Below, piece by piece: positions 12,137 through 24,525 of a stretch of DNA of 64,000 bases. The translations under genes and the position numbers were made by a program. The notes under the pieces were generated by a model, which was not told the DNA's origin, made no database searches, and was given only the letters and a program-made list of their open reading frames with translations. Position 1 is the stretch's first letter; the number at the start of each line of letters is the position of its first letter. This stretch comes from Lama glama (taxonomy: Eukaryota). The DNA lies in NCBI GenBank assembly GCA_028534125.1, contig CM052821.1, positions 55,738,001 to 55,802,000 on the forward strand, read 5' to 3'.

Positions 12137-14999
12137 GTGAGCACCCACCCCTCCCGCGAGGGTGCGGCCAGGAGCCGGGCCGGGTCCTCCCCGACAAGGG
12201 CGGCCCCGTCCCTGCGACTCGCCTTGGCCACGCCCTGCTCCAGGTCTGTGTGCTGCACTTGACTTCGCCTTCGGAGCATCCTCTCCGTGGAAATGCGGCC
12301 TTGAAGTCCGTTTCTGGTGTTGTTGTCGTTTGATTAGGCATGAGGTCGAGCAGGAACTTTATGTAGTTTTGTTTGTATCTGAATTTCATTCCACCGTGCA
12401 GTGACAGCGTCCCCAGGGCTTGCTGGCAGTTTGCATTTCCTCTGGTCCCCGGGGTGGGTCGGCGTGGCGAGGAGGCTGGTAACTCCGGCCTGAGCCTGGG
12501 TTGCGGCTGCCGGAAACATTCACACTCAGGACTCGCATGCTGTCTGTTTTGAGTTATTCATAATAAAGATTTTTTGAAGATCACTGACAGAATCAGTGCA
12601 ATATGAAATTTTCTCCTCTCCACCGATTTTGGTGGAATTGATTTCTTCAGGAGATTGAGTTTTCTGCAACAAATCACCTTTGTTCCCTCGAGTGTCCTGT
12701 TGCTCATCCTGGCACCTTCTCATCTGGTTGGAGACACTCCCTGCCGCTGAGCCGCGCTGCGGGTCTGCACGCCAGCCTCCCCTCCTCATGTGCAGAGTAG
12801 CCACAGCTGTGTGAACTTGGAGTGGGATCCCCATGGTGGCTGGGTTCCATCCTGAACTCCGGGAAGCAGAGTTGTTCCTGCCCTGAGCGTCAGCCCTTCG
12901 TAGGCCTTGGACGGGCAGCTGGCTTCGGAGGCTGGGAGTGGGAGCTGCAGGCAGCGGGCTTTTTGTGGGGCAGCAGGAGTCCAGACGCTGGCTTGGGCTC
13001 CCGCGTGTGGCCGTCCATGCGGGGGGTGGTGGGAGGCCGGGCTCAGGGGCAGGCTGGACGGGCCCCTGTCGAGGGCGCCCTTGGTCTGGATGGAGTGTTC
13101 TTCCCGCAGGATGGGGATCTCCGGCTGCTGCCCTGCCGGGCCCCACGCTCGCCGACCTCGCACCCTGAGCTCACCTCTCCCAGGTCGTCTGGAACAGTAA
13201 CCCGAAGCCTTGTTCCTGGTGGGCCGTGTGCCCTGCGCGGGGCCGCGGGCGCTGGGCGGCTCTCGGCGCTGTGCTTCGCCTTTGCTGTCCTCTGCCGCGG
13301 CCTGTGTGTTCTAATGGTGTTCACGACCGAAATTATGACTGGTCAGTAGATTGCACCCAAGTCCCCCACTTTGGTTTGGCTTTCTAGATACTTGGCAGCT
13401 ACAGAACTGCTGGCTGCTAACATTTCCTGGGACATAAAGCCTTTTTCGGGGGGCTGTTTGGTTCAAGCGGCTGTCAGCAGGTGTTATCAGTCAGGACCCT
13501 GTAACATCCCAGGAAACAAAACTTAATATCCCGTAAACTGCAAACGCTCTGCACTCATGATGGGTTAGGCCAAGGTCCTGGGTCCCCTCATTAAACACAG
13601 ACTTCCGTGTAACACTGTCTCCATTACGAATAAATTAGGTATTAAGTCAGTCGCCTTTTGAGGAGCCAGAAAATGGATCTGCACCACTTCGCTAAAACTC
13701 CTAATAGGTATTAAAACTTTAAGCACAATTGTGGCATCTTTATTGAGTTAATTTTCCTGAAATTAAATTTTGTCATGAATTGACTCATTTGTACCACGGG
13801 CTCATTGTTGAACTGACAGCTCCCTGCTCGTGAACCTTTTCATATCTTAAAAATGGGGGTTTTTTCTATTTTACAGGCCCAAGTAACCATGAAATTGTAT
13901 TGCATCTTTCGGCAATGAAAGTACCTGGTAATCATAGGCTGGCGATCGGGTGATTCTCTCCCCTAAGCTGGGTGTTTATTAGCTGGGCCATTACAGGTTT
14001 CGCTGACTCTTTAACCCCTTAGAAAGTAGCTTAAAACTCTGGGATGGATGCCACCCGCCCTGGCCCAGGCTGGGAACTAGGCACCACACAGAACTGAGCG
14101 TGGGGTGTTCGTCACAAGCGTGAAAGATGGCGGTTAGAAAGCACAGACCGCCCAGAAGCAGCCCAGACAGTGGGGAGACGCTCCCTGCTCCCCGGCCGCC
14201 CCGTGTGCTCCGCACGAGCAGGGCTCCGCGCGCCGGCTGCCGTGGTCCAGCTCCCAGGAGCCTCGGCCGTGGGAGGGAGCCGGTGGTGAGGCCTCATCCA
14301 GCAGGCCGCCAGGCTGGCCTCAGGCTCCCCTTCCCTGGGCTGTTGTAAGAATGCATCCCGCCTCCCATGGCTGGACCCACGTGTGGATTTTGATGACCTC
14401 GAATGCTCGGCGTGTTTCCCGTGCTGTCGGTCTGCAGCCGTGGCGTTGGGGCCGTTGGGGCGGCTCCTGTCCCAGTCGTCTCCTCCCGCCCCTCGCTGCT
14501 TCTCCTCGGGGCCCCTCCCCCACGGCCCCGCTCTGTCTGGAGGAGGCACAGGCTTCGGGTTGACAGGAGAGGTCACAGGGGTGTTTCTGGGCCACAGCCA
14601 CCGCCTCCTGTGTGGTGTGGACAGAGAAGTGTAGCTGGACTTTATCTGGCTCCGCAGAGGCCGCTGGGTGCCGTTGTGGGCTGGCGTGGGCTCCGGCGGG
14701 ACCCGCAGCCTCCCGGGGGCTCCCTCAGAGTCTCCGTGTCCTCACTGGGCCCCGTGGAGGTGCTGGCTGCAGCCACGCCCTCTGGCTTCTCCCCAGTGGG
14801 GCAGGGGGCACACTGGATGGGAGGGAGGTCAGAGGCCCTTGGCCTCCGGCCGCGCAGGGTTCCTGCCTGTGAGCGGCCGTCTGCCTGGGGGCAGGCAAAA
14901 GCTCAGCCCCTCTGCCTTCTAGGCGTGCGGCCCTTCTCGTGGGGCCCCCCTGGGCCAGGCGGCTCCTCCAGCCGCTCCCAGGGCCACACCGCTGCTCGT

Positions 15000-15267
15000 G
15001 GCTGCGCCTGGCCGGAGACTGGACACCAGTCACGTACGTCCCTGGGAGGGGCCTCTGAGGGCAGGTCTGAGCGTCGTGCCCTGTGAGAAGAGTCTGTCCT
15101 TGCAGGCCTCACGTGGAGAGAGAGAGAGATGTCTGGTTCTCTTCAACCTCCTTTAGGGACACCAGTCTTGCTGCGTTAGGGCCTCTCCTTTGTCACCTCC
15201 TTAAAGGGCCCGTTGGGGCTTTGGGCTTCAGCCTATGAATTTGGGGGGACGTAGTTTAGCTGATACA
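15000..15267 (-). mobile_element. MaLR LTR fragment (MLT1A-like)
   Basis: cctcacgtggagagagagagagatgtctgg...gggcttcagcctatgaatttggggggacgtagtttagctgataca matches the recalled antisense MLT1A end (...gggcttcaacatatgaatttgggggggacaca...ataaca). Confidence 0.7.
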
Positions 15268-16189
15268 GAGCTGGGGTGTCTGGAGCACCCCCGGCTGACC
15301 CTGCCACGGGACCACAGGTCACAGGGGTGACAGTGCACAGTGGCACTGTGGCCTCTTGAGGCTGGACCCCAGGGCCCTCCTCAGGGGCCCCTGTGGGGGA
15401 CGGGGAGCCTGTGGCAGGAGAGCCCCGCGGCCGCACATTTAGGGAGCTTGTGACTCCGGGGCCCGCTGGCTCCGGGGCGGCCAGGGGTGCTCGGCCCGCG
15501 CCCTCTGCTCGCCCAGGGCTTGCTGAGCCTCGGCGGCCCCTCCCCGTCTTTGGGCCTCACGCACGTTCTCTCGAATTGCTTGTCTGTGGAAAAGCAGCCG
15601 CCAGCGTGGCTTCTACTTATTGTAACGCTGGCAGGCCAGGCATGGTGGCCCTGGCTCCGGGCTCATGGGCCTCTATTCCCAGAGCCCAGGGCCTGCCCCT
15701 TGGGTGTCTCCCTGCAGCGGCCGGTGCCCCGGGTGCAGGGGTAGGTCTGGGGGCCGCACCCCCTCCCCGTGTCCCTGGCTGCACTTCATGCTTGAGGCCT
15801 GGTGGGCACAGGTGCCTGCAGGGCCCAGGATCCGTGACCCCGAGGCCCAGCCCCTCACCCGCAGGCCCTGGGACAGAAGCCACCTTTTTGTCTGAGCTGC
15901 TTGACTCCCTCCCAGACCATGGGAGTCGGTATGCGTGTGCCCTGTTGCAGAGGGCGCTGGCCCCTGACACGCTGTCTGGGGTGGGCACTGGGGCTCCTGT
16001 CCCGCTGCGTCAGCCTCTCCCACGTGTCCTGCCTCCCGTGCGTGGGGCGTGCCTGCACCAGAGGGGCCCTGCTGCAGAGGCGCCGCCCAGAGGGGTCCGC
16101 ACACGCAGGCCTCCGGAGGCGCGGGACGCTGACGTGCGGTTTCTGGGTTGTGGCTCTCCTTCACGAGGTGGTATTAGGGCGCCAGCCAC

Positions 16190-16602
16190 ATTGCCTCTGC
16201 GGTTCAGGGTCTTCTGTGGTTCCGGACACAATTTAGGTTTGTTTTCCTATTTCTGGGACAAACGCCCTTGGAACTTTGGTAGGGAACGCCTCGAGTCTGT
16301 GGCCCGCTTTGGGTGACCCGGACACTTCCACAGTGTTAGTTCTTGCAGCCTGTGAATGTGGAATGTCTTTCCGTTGCTTTACGTCCTCTTCGATTCCATT
16401 CATCAACAGTTTGTACTCTTGAGTACACAGAGCTTACGCTTCCTCGGTTAAATTTATTCCTATGCATTTTACTCTTTTTGATACAGCTGTAAATGGGATT
16501 GCTTTCTTAATTTCTTTCTCCAGTAGTTCGTTGTTAGCGTATAGAGATGCAGCTGATTTTTGTATATTGTTTTTCTTTAATCCTGTAACTTTACTGAATT
16601 TA
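16190..16602 (-). mobile_element. L1 ORF2 fragment (post-RT region), antisense
   Basis: Minus-strand ORF 16434..16622 gives KFSKVTG..NIQKSAASLYANNELLEKEIKKAIPFT..SKRVKCIGINLT, similar to L1 ORF2 [23 protein letters not shown]...KYLGINLT. Confidence 0.9.
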
Positions 16603-16810
16603 CCCAAAGGAAATGAAATCATCGCGGAGAGAGACCTGCACCCTCATGTCCATGGCAGCATGATTCGCAGCAGCCAAGATACAGGGCCACCTAGGTGTCC
16701 ATCGATGGATGGCAGGATGAAGACATCGGGCGGGGTGTGTGTACACATCCACGGAGGATAAAATTACATTTGGCCTTTAAAGGAGGGAAGTCCATGGGCG
16801 TGGCCGGGAT
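16600..16810 (+). mobile_element. L1 ORF2 C-terminal fragment, sense
   Basis: tacccaaaggaaatgaaatca...ctgcaccctcatgtccatggcagcatgattcgcagcagccaagata...ctaggtgtccatcgatggat matches the L1 YPKE...CTPMFIAALFTIAK.W.QPKCPS region. Confidence 0.8.
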
Positions 16811-16954
16811 GGCTTAGGGAAGGCCAGGGGAGAGGAGGAGGTGCGGCCGGAGGGAGGGGCGCCCCCCAGGCAGGAGAGGACCGTCCGGAGCTTGGAGCCG
16901 GGGAGGGAGGCTCCTGAGAGGCAGAAGGTCCGAGGGTGACAGGAACACCCAGGA

Positions 16955-17096
16955 GTGGCCTCTGGCCTCGTGGGTTCTCAGCGCTTGAGAAACATGATTA
17001 GTGTGACTGAAGAACTGCATTTTACATTTCATCTTCCTTCACTTGGGTGTAAACTGAATAGGCCCCCAGGGAGTGGCTGCCCGTGGTGGGTGCAGT
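16955..17096. mobile_element. hAT-Charlie MITE relic (MER3/MER33-like)
   Basis: gcgcttgagaaacatgattagtgtgactgaagaactgcattttacatttca resembles recalled MER3 gcacttgaaatgtggctagtgcgactgaggaactgaatttt. Confidence 0.65.
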
Positions 17097-18669
17097 TGTG
17101 CGAGGGGCTGGTGGAGTCAGTGGGGCAGGGACTTCAGCTGGCTCTGAGCTGACCACGAGGAGATGGACTGGTTGGAGGCCCCCCGCCGAGGATAGGGGCC
17201 TGGGAGGGCGGCCGCGCAGTGGAAGACCCTGAGCTGGCTGGTGGTGGTGGGAGGGGTGCAGATCCCGGGAGGTGGCGGAGGATGCTGCCGGCCTGTCCCT
17301 CTGTCCCCGGGGCCCTGTGAGGCTGACCCAGAAGTGACTGTGCCCCTGGGATGCATCTTGGAGTGAGAAGGAATGTCAGCACTTTCTGAAAGGAAACGTC
17401 AGGGCCAGGGCCTGAGAGTGGTGGCGTCTTCTCTGAATTCTAGAACTTCCTTCCCGGAAACACCTGCGCTCTGACTGAGGTCTTACCTTCCCTGGGTGAC
17501 ACTTGGGGCGTGAGCCTGGGGAGTCGGGCCCCTGGGTCATGGGAGGGGGTGTCACAGCCTTGCGTCCACGTGGAGGTGACTGCGCGTGTGGCTGTGCGAT
17601 GACAGAGGACGGGGAGGACGCCGGCGGTGCTGAGGGCCCCTCGGAGGGCACGTTTCCCACAGGCTAGTGATTGTGTCTCAAGGCGAGGGAAGACTTCCTT
17701 TGGCCAGGTGAGTGTCACACGGTGACGTCATTGGCTTTGGGTATTTGTTAAATTCCTTCCTAGTGGCGTCCACAGGTCGCTTGAATCCTAAGTAAGACAC
17801 TGGCGCTGCCCACGTCCCCGAGTGCATCCTTAGGGCTGGCTGTGAGCGCGGGAGGCCAAGTGCGGACAGCGCTCTGGAGTGTGGCTTTGGATCTGCTCGT
17901 TCAGTCACCGTGCCCTCTCGGGCGACCCCTTGGGGCAGGGCCGTCTCCCGGAGGCTCACGACAGGCTCGCTGGTACCCGGGCCTTTGGCCCCAAGGCCTC
18001 GGTGCACGCGCTTTCGGAGGCACATGGCTTGAGGGCATTTTGTGCTAGTGAAGCTCCGAATTGCCCACTTGCTCCAGACGGAGCAGAGGACACTGCCTGT
18101 GAGCTGTTGGAATCTCCATCCCATCCCAGTGCTGCCCTCAGAGCCTCAGGTGAGCCCCGTTCCTGAAGCTCAGCCCCTGGGGTCGCTGTGCAGGTGGGAG
18201 GAGGTGTTTCTGATGCAGAGGTTGGCCCACGGTTCTGTGAAGGGCTGGGTGGGCCTTGTTCGGGGGCTGGGGGCTGGGGGCTGTGTGGGCTGTTGCAGTC
18301 GGGCTGTGCAGTGGTCCAGGAGTGCGTGGCATGGGCCTGTGCCAGGGGACTTCACGGGGAGGCGGGTGCTTGCCTGCTCTGAGGCTAGAAGGTGCCCAGC
18401 ACACTGTGGGTGCTAGAAAGGAGCACCATTTTTCCCTCACCGCATCTCAGCTGCAGAGCTGTCCAGACTCTGGGTCCTACTGCTGGGCTCTCGCTGCTAC
18501 CAGCCAGGCGTTGCAGAAATTGGATCTGGGATCTCGGAGCCCTGGTGACTTGCCCAAGCCCCTCCCTCCACGTGGTCTTACATTATTTATGTGCCTGTGA
18601 GCCTGGGACTTGTGGTTCTCTGACTCCCATGTGGCAGGCTCTGAGGGAAGCCCCTGCTGGCCCTGGGCT

Positions 18670-18715
18670 GAGACCGCGAGAGGCCCTGAGCCGAGCCCGC
18701 GAGAGGCCCTGAGCC
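18670..18715. repeat. 23-bp tandem duplication
   Basis: gagaccgcgagaggccctgagcc followed by gagcccgcgagaggccctgagcc (1 mismatch). Confidence 0.9.
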
Positions 18716-21700
18716 AGCAGACCCAGCCGAACCCGGGTCTGACCTGCGGGAACAGCAAGAGAAGGGACGCCTGCCCTGCTCTGTTTGACCTTGGTTACAC
18801 GGCGAGAGGAAATGAATACGCAGAGTCTTGGTGTCAGTAGCGCAGACTGGAGACCGGGAGCGGGTAGGAAGACGCCCGGGAGCCCCGGGAGGGCCGGGAG
18901 CTGCGGCCCGGCCCGAGGCGCCCTCCGGAGATGCGTGGGCAGGAGGCGCGCGGGCAGGAGGTGCGAGGTGGCTGCCGTCAGTGACAGCGGGAGGCAGACA
19001 CAGCCCTCGCCTGGGCCCTCGCTCGTCGCAGACCTGCCCGTGGCGTCCAGCACAGCGTGGGCACCACTGATGCTTTTAAAGGGAAAAGATTTGTTTTGCA
19101 AAGATTGAGGGGGTGGGTGCATCTTCCCAGAAACAGTTTCGAATTTGGAGCTCAGCCTGTCAGTCCATGGAATTGCAGTGAAGCTCTGACTGGAAATGCA
19201 GGGTGGCTCTACTAACAGTTTTCTGAGCCCAAAGGGGGCGTACCTTCTGATGTTGTATGTGCCTCTGTCTTTACTTCTGTCCACCCATCTGCTGCTCCAT
19301 CCGTCCACCCACCAGGTACAATCGGAACCTTGGTCTGGACAACGGCAACAAAGCCTCGGGCCTCCACTGCGACTCCTGAGGCACCCGCCCCCTGGGTGTC
19401 TGCAGCCTCGGGTGGGGGCACCGCGGGACGTCAGTTCAGCCCGGGCAGGAAGCGCTGTGATGGACGTGACGAAGGAGGGAGGGGGCTGGGGGCACCGCAC
19501 CTGCCCAGGGGTGCTGAGGCTTCCCTGGGGCACGTCTCAGCTGGACCTTGAGGGTCAGGAGGGTGATGGGGATTCAGCTCTGTGAGGGCAGGGCCTTGCA
19601 CCGAGGGCGGGACCCAGAGCCCTACTCCAGGAGTGCTTGCAGTGCGAAGTGGGGCGGCCTCCCTGGAGGAGAGGGTGTGTTCCAGGGCTGGAGGAGTCGG
19701 GTGGGCATGGCCTGCGCCGTGGAGGCTGAGCTGGGTGCGGCTGTACCGGGGCTGTTTGGGAGCCGTGGCGGCACAGGACCTGCTCAGCTCAGCGGGGCCG
19801 TGGGAGGGTCAGGCCCACGGTCTCTTCCATGGGGGTGGACCAGCTCTGTTCATGTTGGTGCTTTCACTCCTGCAAACCTTTGTTTCCTGCCTGTAAAGGA
19901 AACAGCGCTGTTCTTGTGGCCACACTGCCAGCCCCACCTGTGAGGGTCACCTGCTGCTGTACCGGCGTCTCCAGCCCCACCTGTGAGGGGGCCCGTGGCT
20001 GCAGTCACGCCTGCCTCCAGGCCCAGGTGAAGGTCAGGGGGTGGGTGGTGTTGGTGCCAGGCCTTCAGCCCTCGGTCAGCCCCACTGCTCAACCCGGCTC
20101 TGTCTCCTAGTCGTGTGTGACTTAGCGATGGGGGAGCATTTAAACTGTGTGCAGGGATCCATCCTCTATCCTGCGGTCTTGCATTTCCCAGGGTCGTGGG
20201 GACCTGCTCTCCGGCTCTGGAAGGTGGTCGTGGGCCATCAGACTGCCCAGTACCTGCAGAGTGTCTGTCGCTGTGCCTGGGTGGGGAGCACCCAGTGTGT
20301 GCCAGAGCCGCGTGGTTCTCTGGAACCTTCCAGGGCACCACAGGCGCCTGACTCACCCTCAGTGAACCAGGTGGTGGGGAAGCTGATGGATTGGGTTAAT
20401 CTAATAAAACTGGAGAAGCAGATCTCCTTACAACATACTTTTTCATAAGCCCATTAAGATTTGAGGTCGTTAGCTTTTCATGTCGGCCCTCCTACAGGAG
20501 GCAGGCATAGATCACTGTCAGCTGGGGAAGGATTTAGAAATGAGAATATTCAGCAAGACTGTGCTCCCTGCTGATAAGTTTGCAGGGAGGAGCCGGGAGG
20601 GGGTGTGCCCACCCTTGCAGGGTGGCAATAAAGACAGTGGCCTGGGGATTTAGAGGCAGTATTTAGAGGAGTATCTAGGATGTCCTTCGTGACTCTAGGA
20701 CTTTCTTTCTTCATGTTTTAATAAGATTGGGTTTTGCCAGAGCTTTCTCGGGGCTTGGGGACTGGGGGAAGATTTCTTCCCTCTGCAGGCCTGGTTCACA
20801 GCGGCACGGCTGGCCTGGTGTCCAGGGCCCGGAGGTTTGGTCCGGGCACTTTCTGGGACTGGAATCACCTGCAGGTGGGACACCTGTCAGCTTCCACTCG
20901 GGTGCCGCTTCGGGCAGGCCTCTGTCCTTTTGCGGGTGAAATTCCGAGTTGTCGTCGGAACAAGAAAAGTAATGTTCTCACATCGTGGTCTCTGATTTTA
21001 ATTTTATAAAGATGGAAATCTTCATTATTTCTGAAAAGTCATTTGCTGAGCGACTGTAACCTGCGTCGGCCAAGCAGCAGGCCACGCAGGCAGCCGCTGG
21101 TCCGCGGCCGGGTGGACGCGGCGGGACGGCAGGCAGCTGGGTCTCACGGATGCGGATGCCTCTGCTGAGCCGTCGGTGCAGGCGGGAGGGCGAAGGGCTC
21201 CCCGATTGTCCGGTGCCCAGCCCGCTCCCGGCAGGGGCTGCCCAGAGGCCAGGGACGCCGCCGCCCTAATCCGCAGTCTGAATGAGCTCCTTATCTGTCC
21301 TCGCTCTGAAGTAGACAGGGATTCCTAGCTAATTCTGGAGCTGAATTTAATGGCAAGGAAGCCTTCTAAGAAGTGATAAAAGTTCTTTTCTAACAGTGAG
21401 AGCGCGCGCCCCACGGCCCTGTTGTTACCTGGCAGGCGGGCTTTCCGCTGCGTCCTCCCCTGCAGGCCGCTGGCCCCGCGTCCCTGGTCTCTGCTGTGCG
21501 CCGGGCGGAGGCGGGGAGGCAGGGCCACTGGGATGTGCGCTCGGGAGGCCGCTCCGTGTGCCGTGTGCCGTGTGCCGGCAGCTGGTGCAGGACGTGGAGC
21601 TGGTAAAACACGCTGGGTGGCGGGTTAGCGTCCCCGAGCGAGTGCAGCTCCGGGTGGCGGCCCTGGAAGGCTGTGAGGAGGGGCTCTCCCGCCCCCTGGG

Positions 21701-23814
21701 CACCAGGTGGCAGTGCGGGTGTGGGGTCCCGCGGCCCTGCCTTGCTTAGGCCGTGCCTTCTTCCTGCTGCAAAATCTCCCGTATGTTCACTGGCCCCGGC
21801 AGGACCTCCGTTCAGCAGCCTGGACTTGCCCCCATCTGGAGGCCAAGGGGGCTGGCCTCTCCCCTGGGCCGCCTGGGCTGGACTTGACTGTGGAAGTGGG
21901 TTGAGGGCAACGGGAAGGACTTGGCTGCCTGTCCCTTAAATGCAGGCCAGACTGCTGTCAGCCTGGAGGATGAAGGAAAGAACGGAGACCGGCGAAGAGG
22001 GTCTCTGCTCCTTGGACAGGGGTGTTTCATCGGAGCCGGCTCCCCATGGCGGCCGAGAAAGGAGGCCCAGGGTGGGGCCTGCCACTCCTTGGTGTGAGGG
22101 TGCTTTGTGGCGAGCACTTCCTGGGGTCAGCTGGGCCCTGGCATGTTGCTCTGGAAAGGACAGATTTCATCGTTGTCAGGAGGGGTGGGGGCATTGGCTC
22201 CAGGTGTGGCACGGCCCCCGTGCTTCCTAGGTGGGTGTGGGGTGGCAGGACCAGCGAGGGGCGGGAGCTGGGCCTGGTATGTTCTGCAGTGTGTCCACTG
22301 ACTCTGTCTCGCCCTCTGCCCCTGGTTACCCAGGCCTCCTTACCAGGCAGAGGGCAAAGGGCAAAGGGCAAGGTGGACGTGGCGTCTGAGACAGGAGTGA
22401 TGGCCGCTGCCAGTGTGAGGGCTGGGGACAAGCAGAGTCACGTAGGCACCAGGACACTACCCTCCACCCCCTCAGACCCTGCTCGGGCCCCGAAGCCACG
22501 CCCCTGCGGACCCACACGCAGGGACTTGAGTGGGGAGTGCTCCGGCCCCACCTGCCTCCTCGCCCTGGGAGTGCCTGAGGGGGGTGGCATGGGGGCTGTC
22601 TGATTTACTGACCCCAGGGCCTGGTGGCACCTGCTGCCCCTCAGTCAGGGGCCGTGCTGAGGGGGGCGCATCGCTGCCATCGGTGCAGGGCACTCCTCCC
22701 GACCTGCCCTGGGTCTATACAGGGCGCTCCTCCTGACCACCTGCCCTGGGTTTATACATATTCCTTTAAGGCTCTGGCATTGCCTGGTGATTACCTTGAT
22801 GTTTATGTTTTCTGGAAGAAATCCAGCACATAAAGTTACCTAAGAACTGCTTTCAAGAGCTTGGCCTGTGTTTCCCATGTGTGGGGAGTGTTCTCAAGGT
22901 TTCCAGTCCAACTTTCTGTGACCTTCTGTTCGTGACCGCGAGGAGAGGCAGTGCTCTGCCTGGGGCCCTGGGGGTCACTCTGTGTGGCCGGCAGTCTCGC
23001 TCCTTCCTGGGCCCTGGGGTCAGGCTTCGTGATGTTGGACGCCGACCTGGGCCAGCCATTGGCTGCCTCCCTGTGTGAGTCCCGAGATTTCCACACATTC
23101 ACCTCCCAGCTCCTCTGCAGGCCTCTTCCCACGTGAGTGCTGAGCTCGGAACAGCTCCCCGGGAGAGGCGGGCCTCACCTGGGCTCACCCAAGGTCGTCC
23201 AGGCGGCCTTGGCCGGTGCCAGTTGGTTTGCCTAAATGAACCTGCAGACCGTGATGGAATTCCCGACAGGCCTCCTTCACTGCTTGTTCTCTAAAATTTC
23301 ATGTTTTCTTATTTCACCTGAGAGTGTGTTGTGGAAACTGTGGAGAAAGGAAAACCCTCCCCCTCGGGTAGCTCCAGCCCGACACCGAGAGCTGCTGGGC
23401 TCGCGGCAGGGCTCCTCTCTGCCCCTGCCCAGGGATGCTTTAAACGTGGTGATCACGCGTGAGGTGCAGGCGCACTCCTGCGCGTGCCGTGCTCCCCGTC
23501 CGATGTCTCCACCCCCGTGGCTCCCAGCCTTTGTAGCTGGCGCTTCAGGTGGGCGCGCAGTGAGTGTCCTGCCCTGTGGATGTATTACTGTCTGCTTAAG
23601 GGTGGTGGGCCGTCTGCAGGGCCCTTGTGACCGTGATGTGATTTCTGCTTTAAGCTATTTCTGTGTTAATAGTCCCTGAAGACAGATTCGGGGTGAATGG
23701 GCATGGCGTGTCCAGGGTCCCTGATGCCAGTTGCTTTGTGGAGCGTCACGTGTAGGTTGCGGCCAGCGGCATGGTCTTCAGCCTTGTGAGAATCGGGCAT
23801 TTTAATTAACGTCA

Positions 23815-24525
23815 TTTTTCTTTTCTTTTTAATAATTGAAGTCTAGTCAGTTTACAATGTTGTGTCAATTTCTGGTGCACAGCGTGATGTTTCCGTCGTG
23901 GATGTACATACGTACATGTTCCTTTTCATATTCTTTTTCATCGTAGGTCGCTGCAAGGTATTGAATATAGTTCCCTGTGCTCTGCGGTAGAAACTTGTTG
24001 TTTATCTATTTTATATACAGTAGTTAGTATCTGCAAATCCTGAAATCTCAATTTACCCCTTTCCCGCCCCCTTCCCTGGAAACCAGAAGTCTGTTCTCTA
24101 AGTCTGTGAGTCTGTTTCTGTTTTGTAAACAAGTCCATTTGTGTCATTTTGTTTTAGGTTCCACATGACTGACATCACACGGTGTTTGTCTTTGACTTAC
24201 TTCGCTTAGCATGATCATCTCTAGGTCCATCCATNNNNNNNNNNNNNNNNNNNNNNNNNNNNNNNNNNNNNNNNNNNNNNNNNNNNNNNNNNNNNNNNNN
24301 NNNNNNNNNNNNNNNNNNNNNNNNNNNNNNNNNNNNNNNNNNNNNNNNNNNNNNNNNNNNNNNNNNNNNNNNNNNNNNNNNNNNNNNNNNNNNNNNNNNT
24401 CTTTCAGAATGAGAGTTCCCTCCGGATGTGTGCCCAGGAGCGGGACTGCTCGATCACACGGTAACTCTGTTTTTGGCTTTTTAGGGAACGTCCACATTGC
24501 TTTCCGTAATGGCTGCACCAGCTGC
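23815..24525 (-). mobile_element. 5'-truncated lineage-specific L1 (ORF2 C-terminus, 3' UTR and poly-A)
   Basis: T-rich tail then ttgaagtctagtcagtttacaatgttgtgtcaatttctggtg. Minus ORF reads LVQPLRKAMWTFPKKPKTELPCDRAVPLLG...WMDLEMIMLSEVSQ. Decayed TSD aacgtcatttttcttt (23808-23823) / aatgttgcttttcttt (24526-24541). Confidence 0.93.
24235..24399. other. Assembly gap (165 N)
   Basis: Run of N inside the L1 copy. Confidence 1.

Noticed and set aside
19928-19989. 19-bp direct repeat ccagccccacctgtgaggg (a similar short repeat occurs at about 22700-22760)
   Set aside because: Two copies only, consistent with ordinary local slippage duplication.
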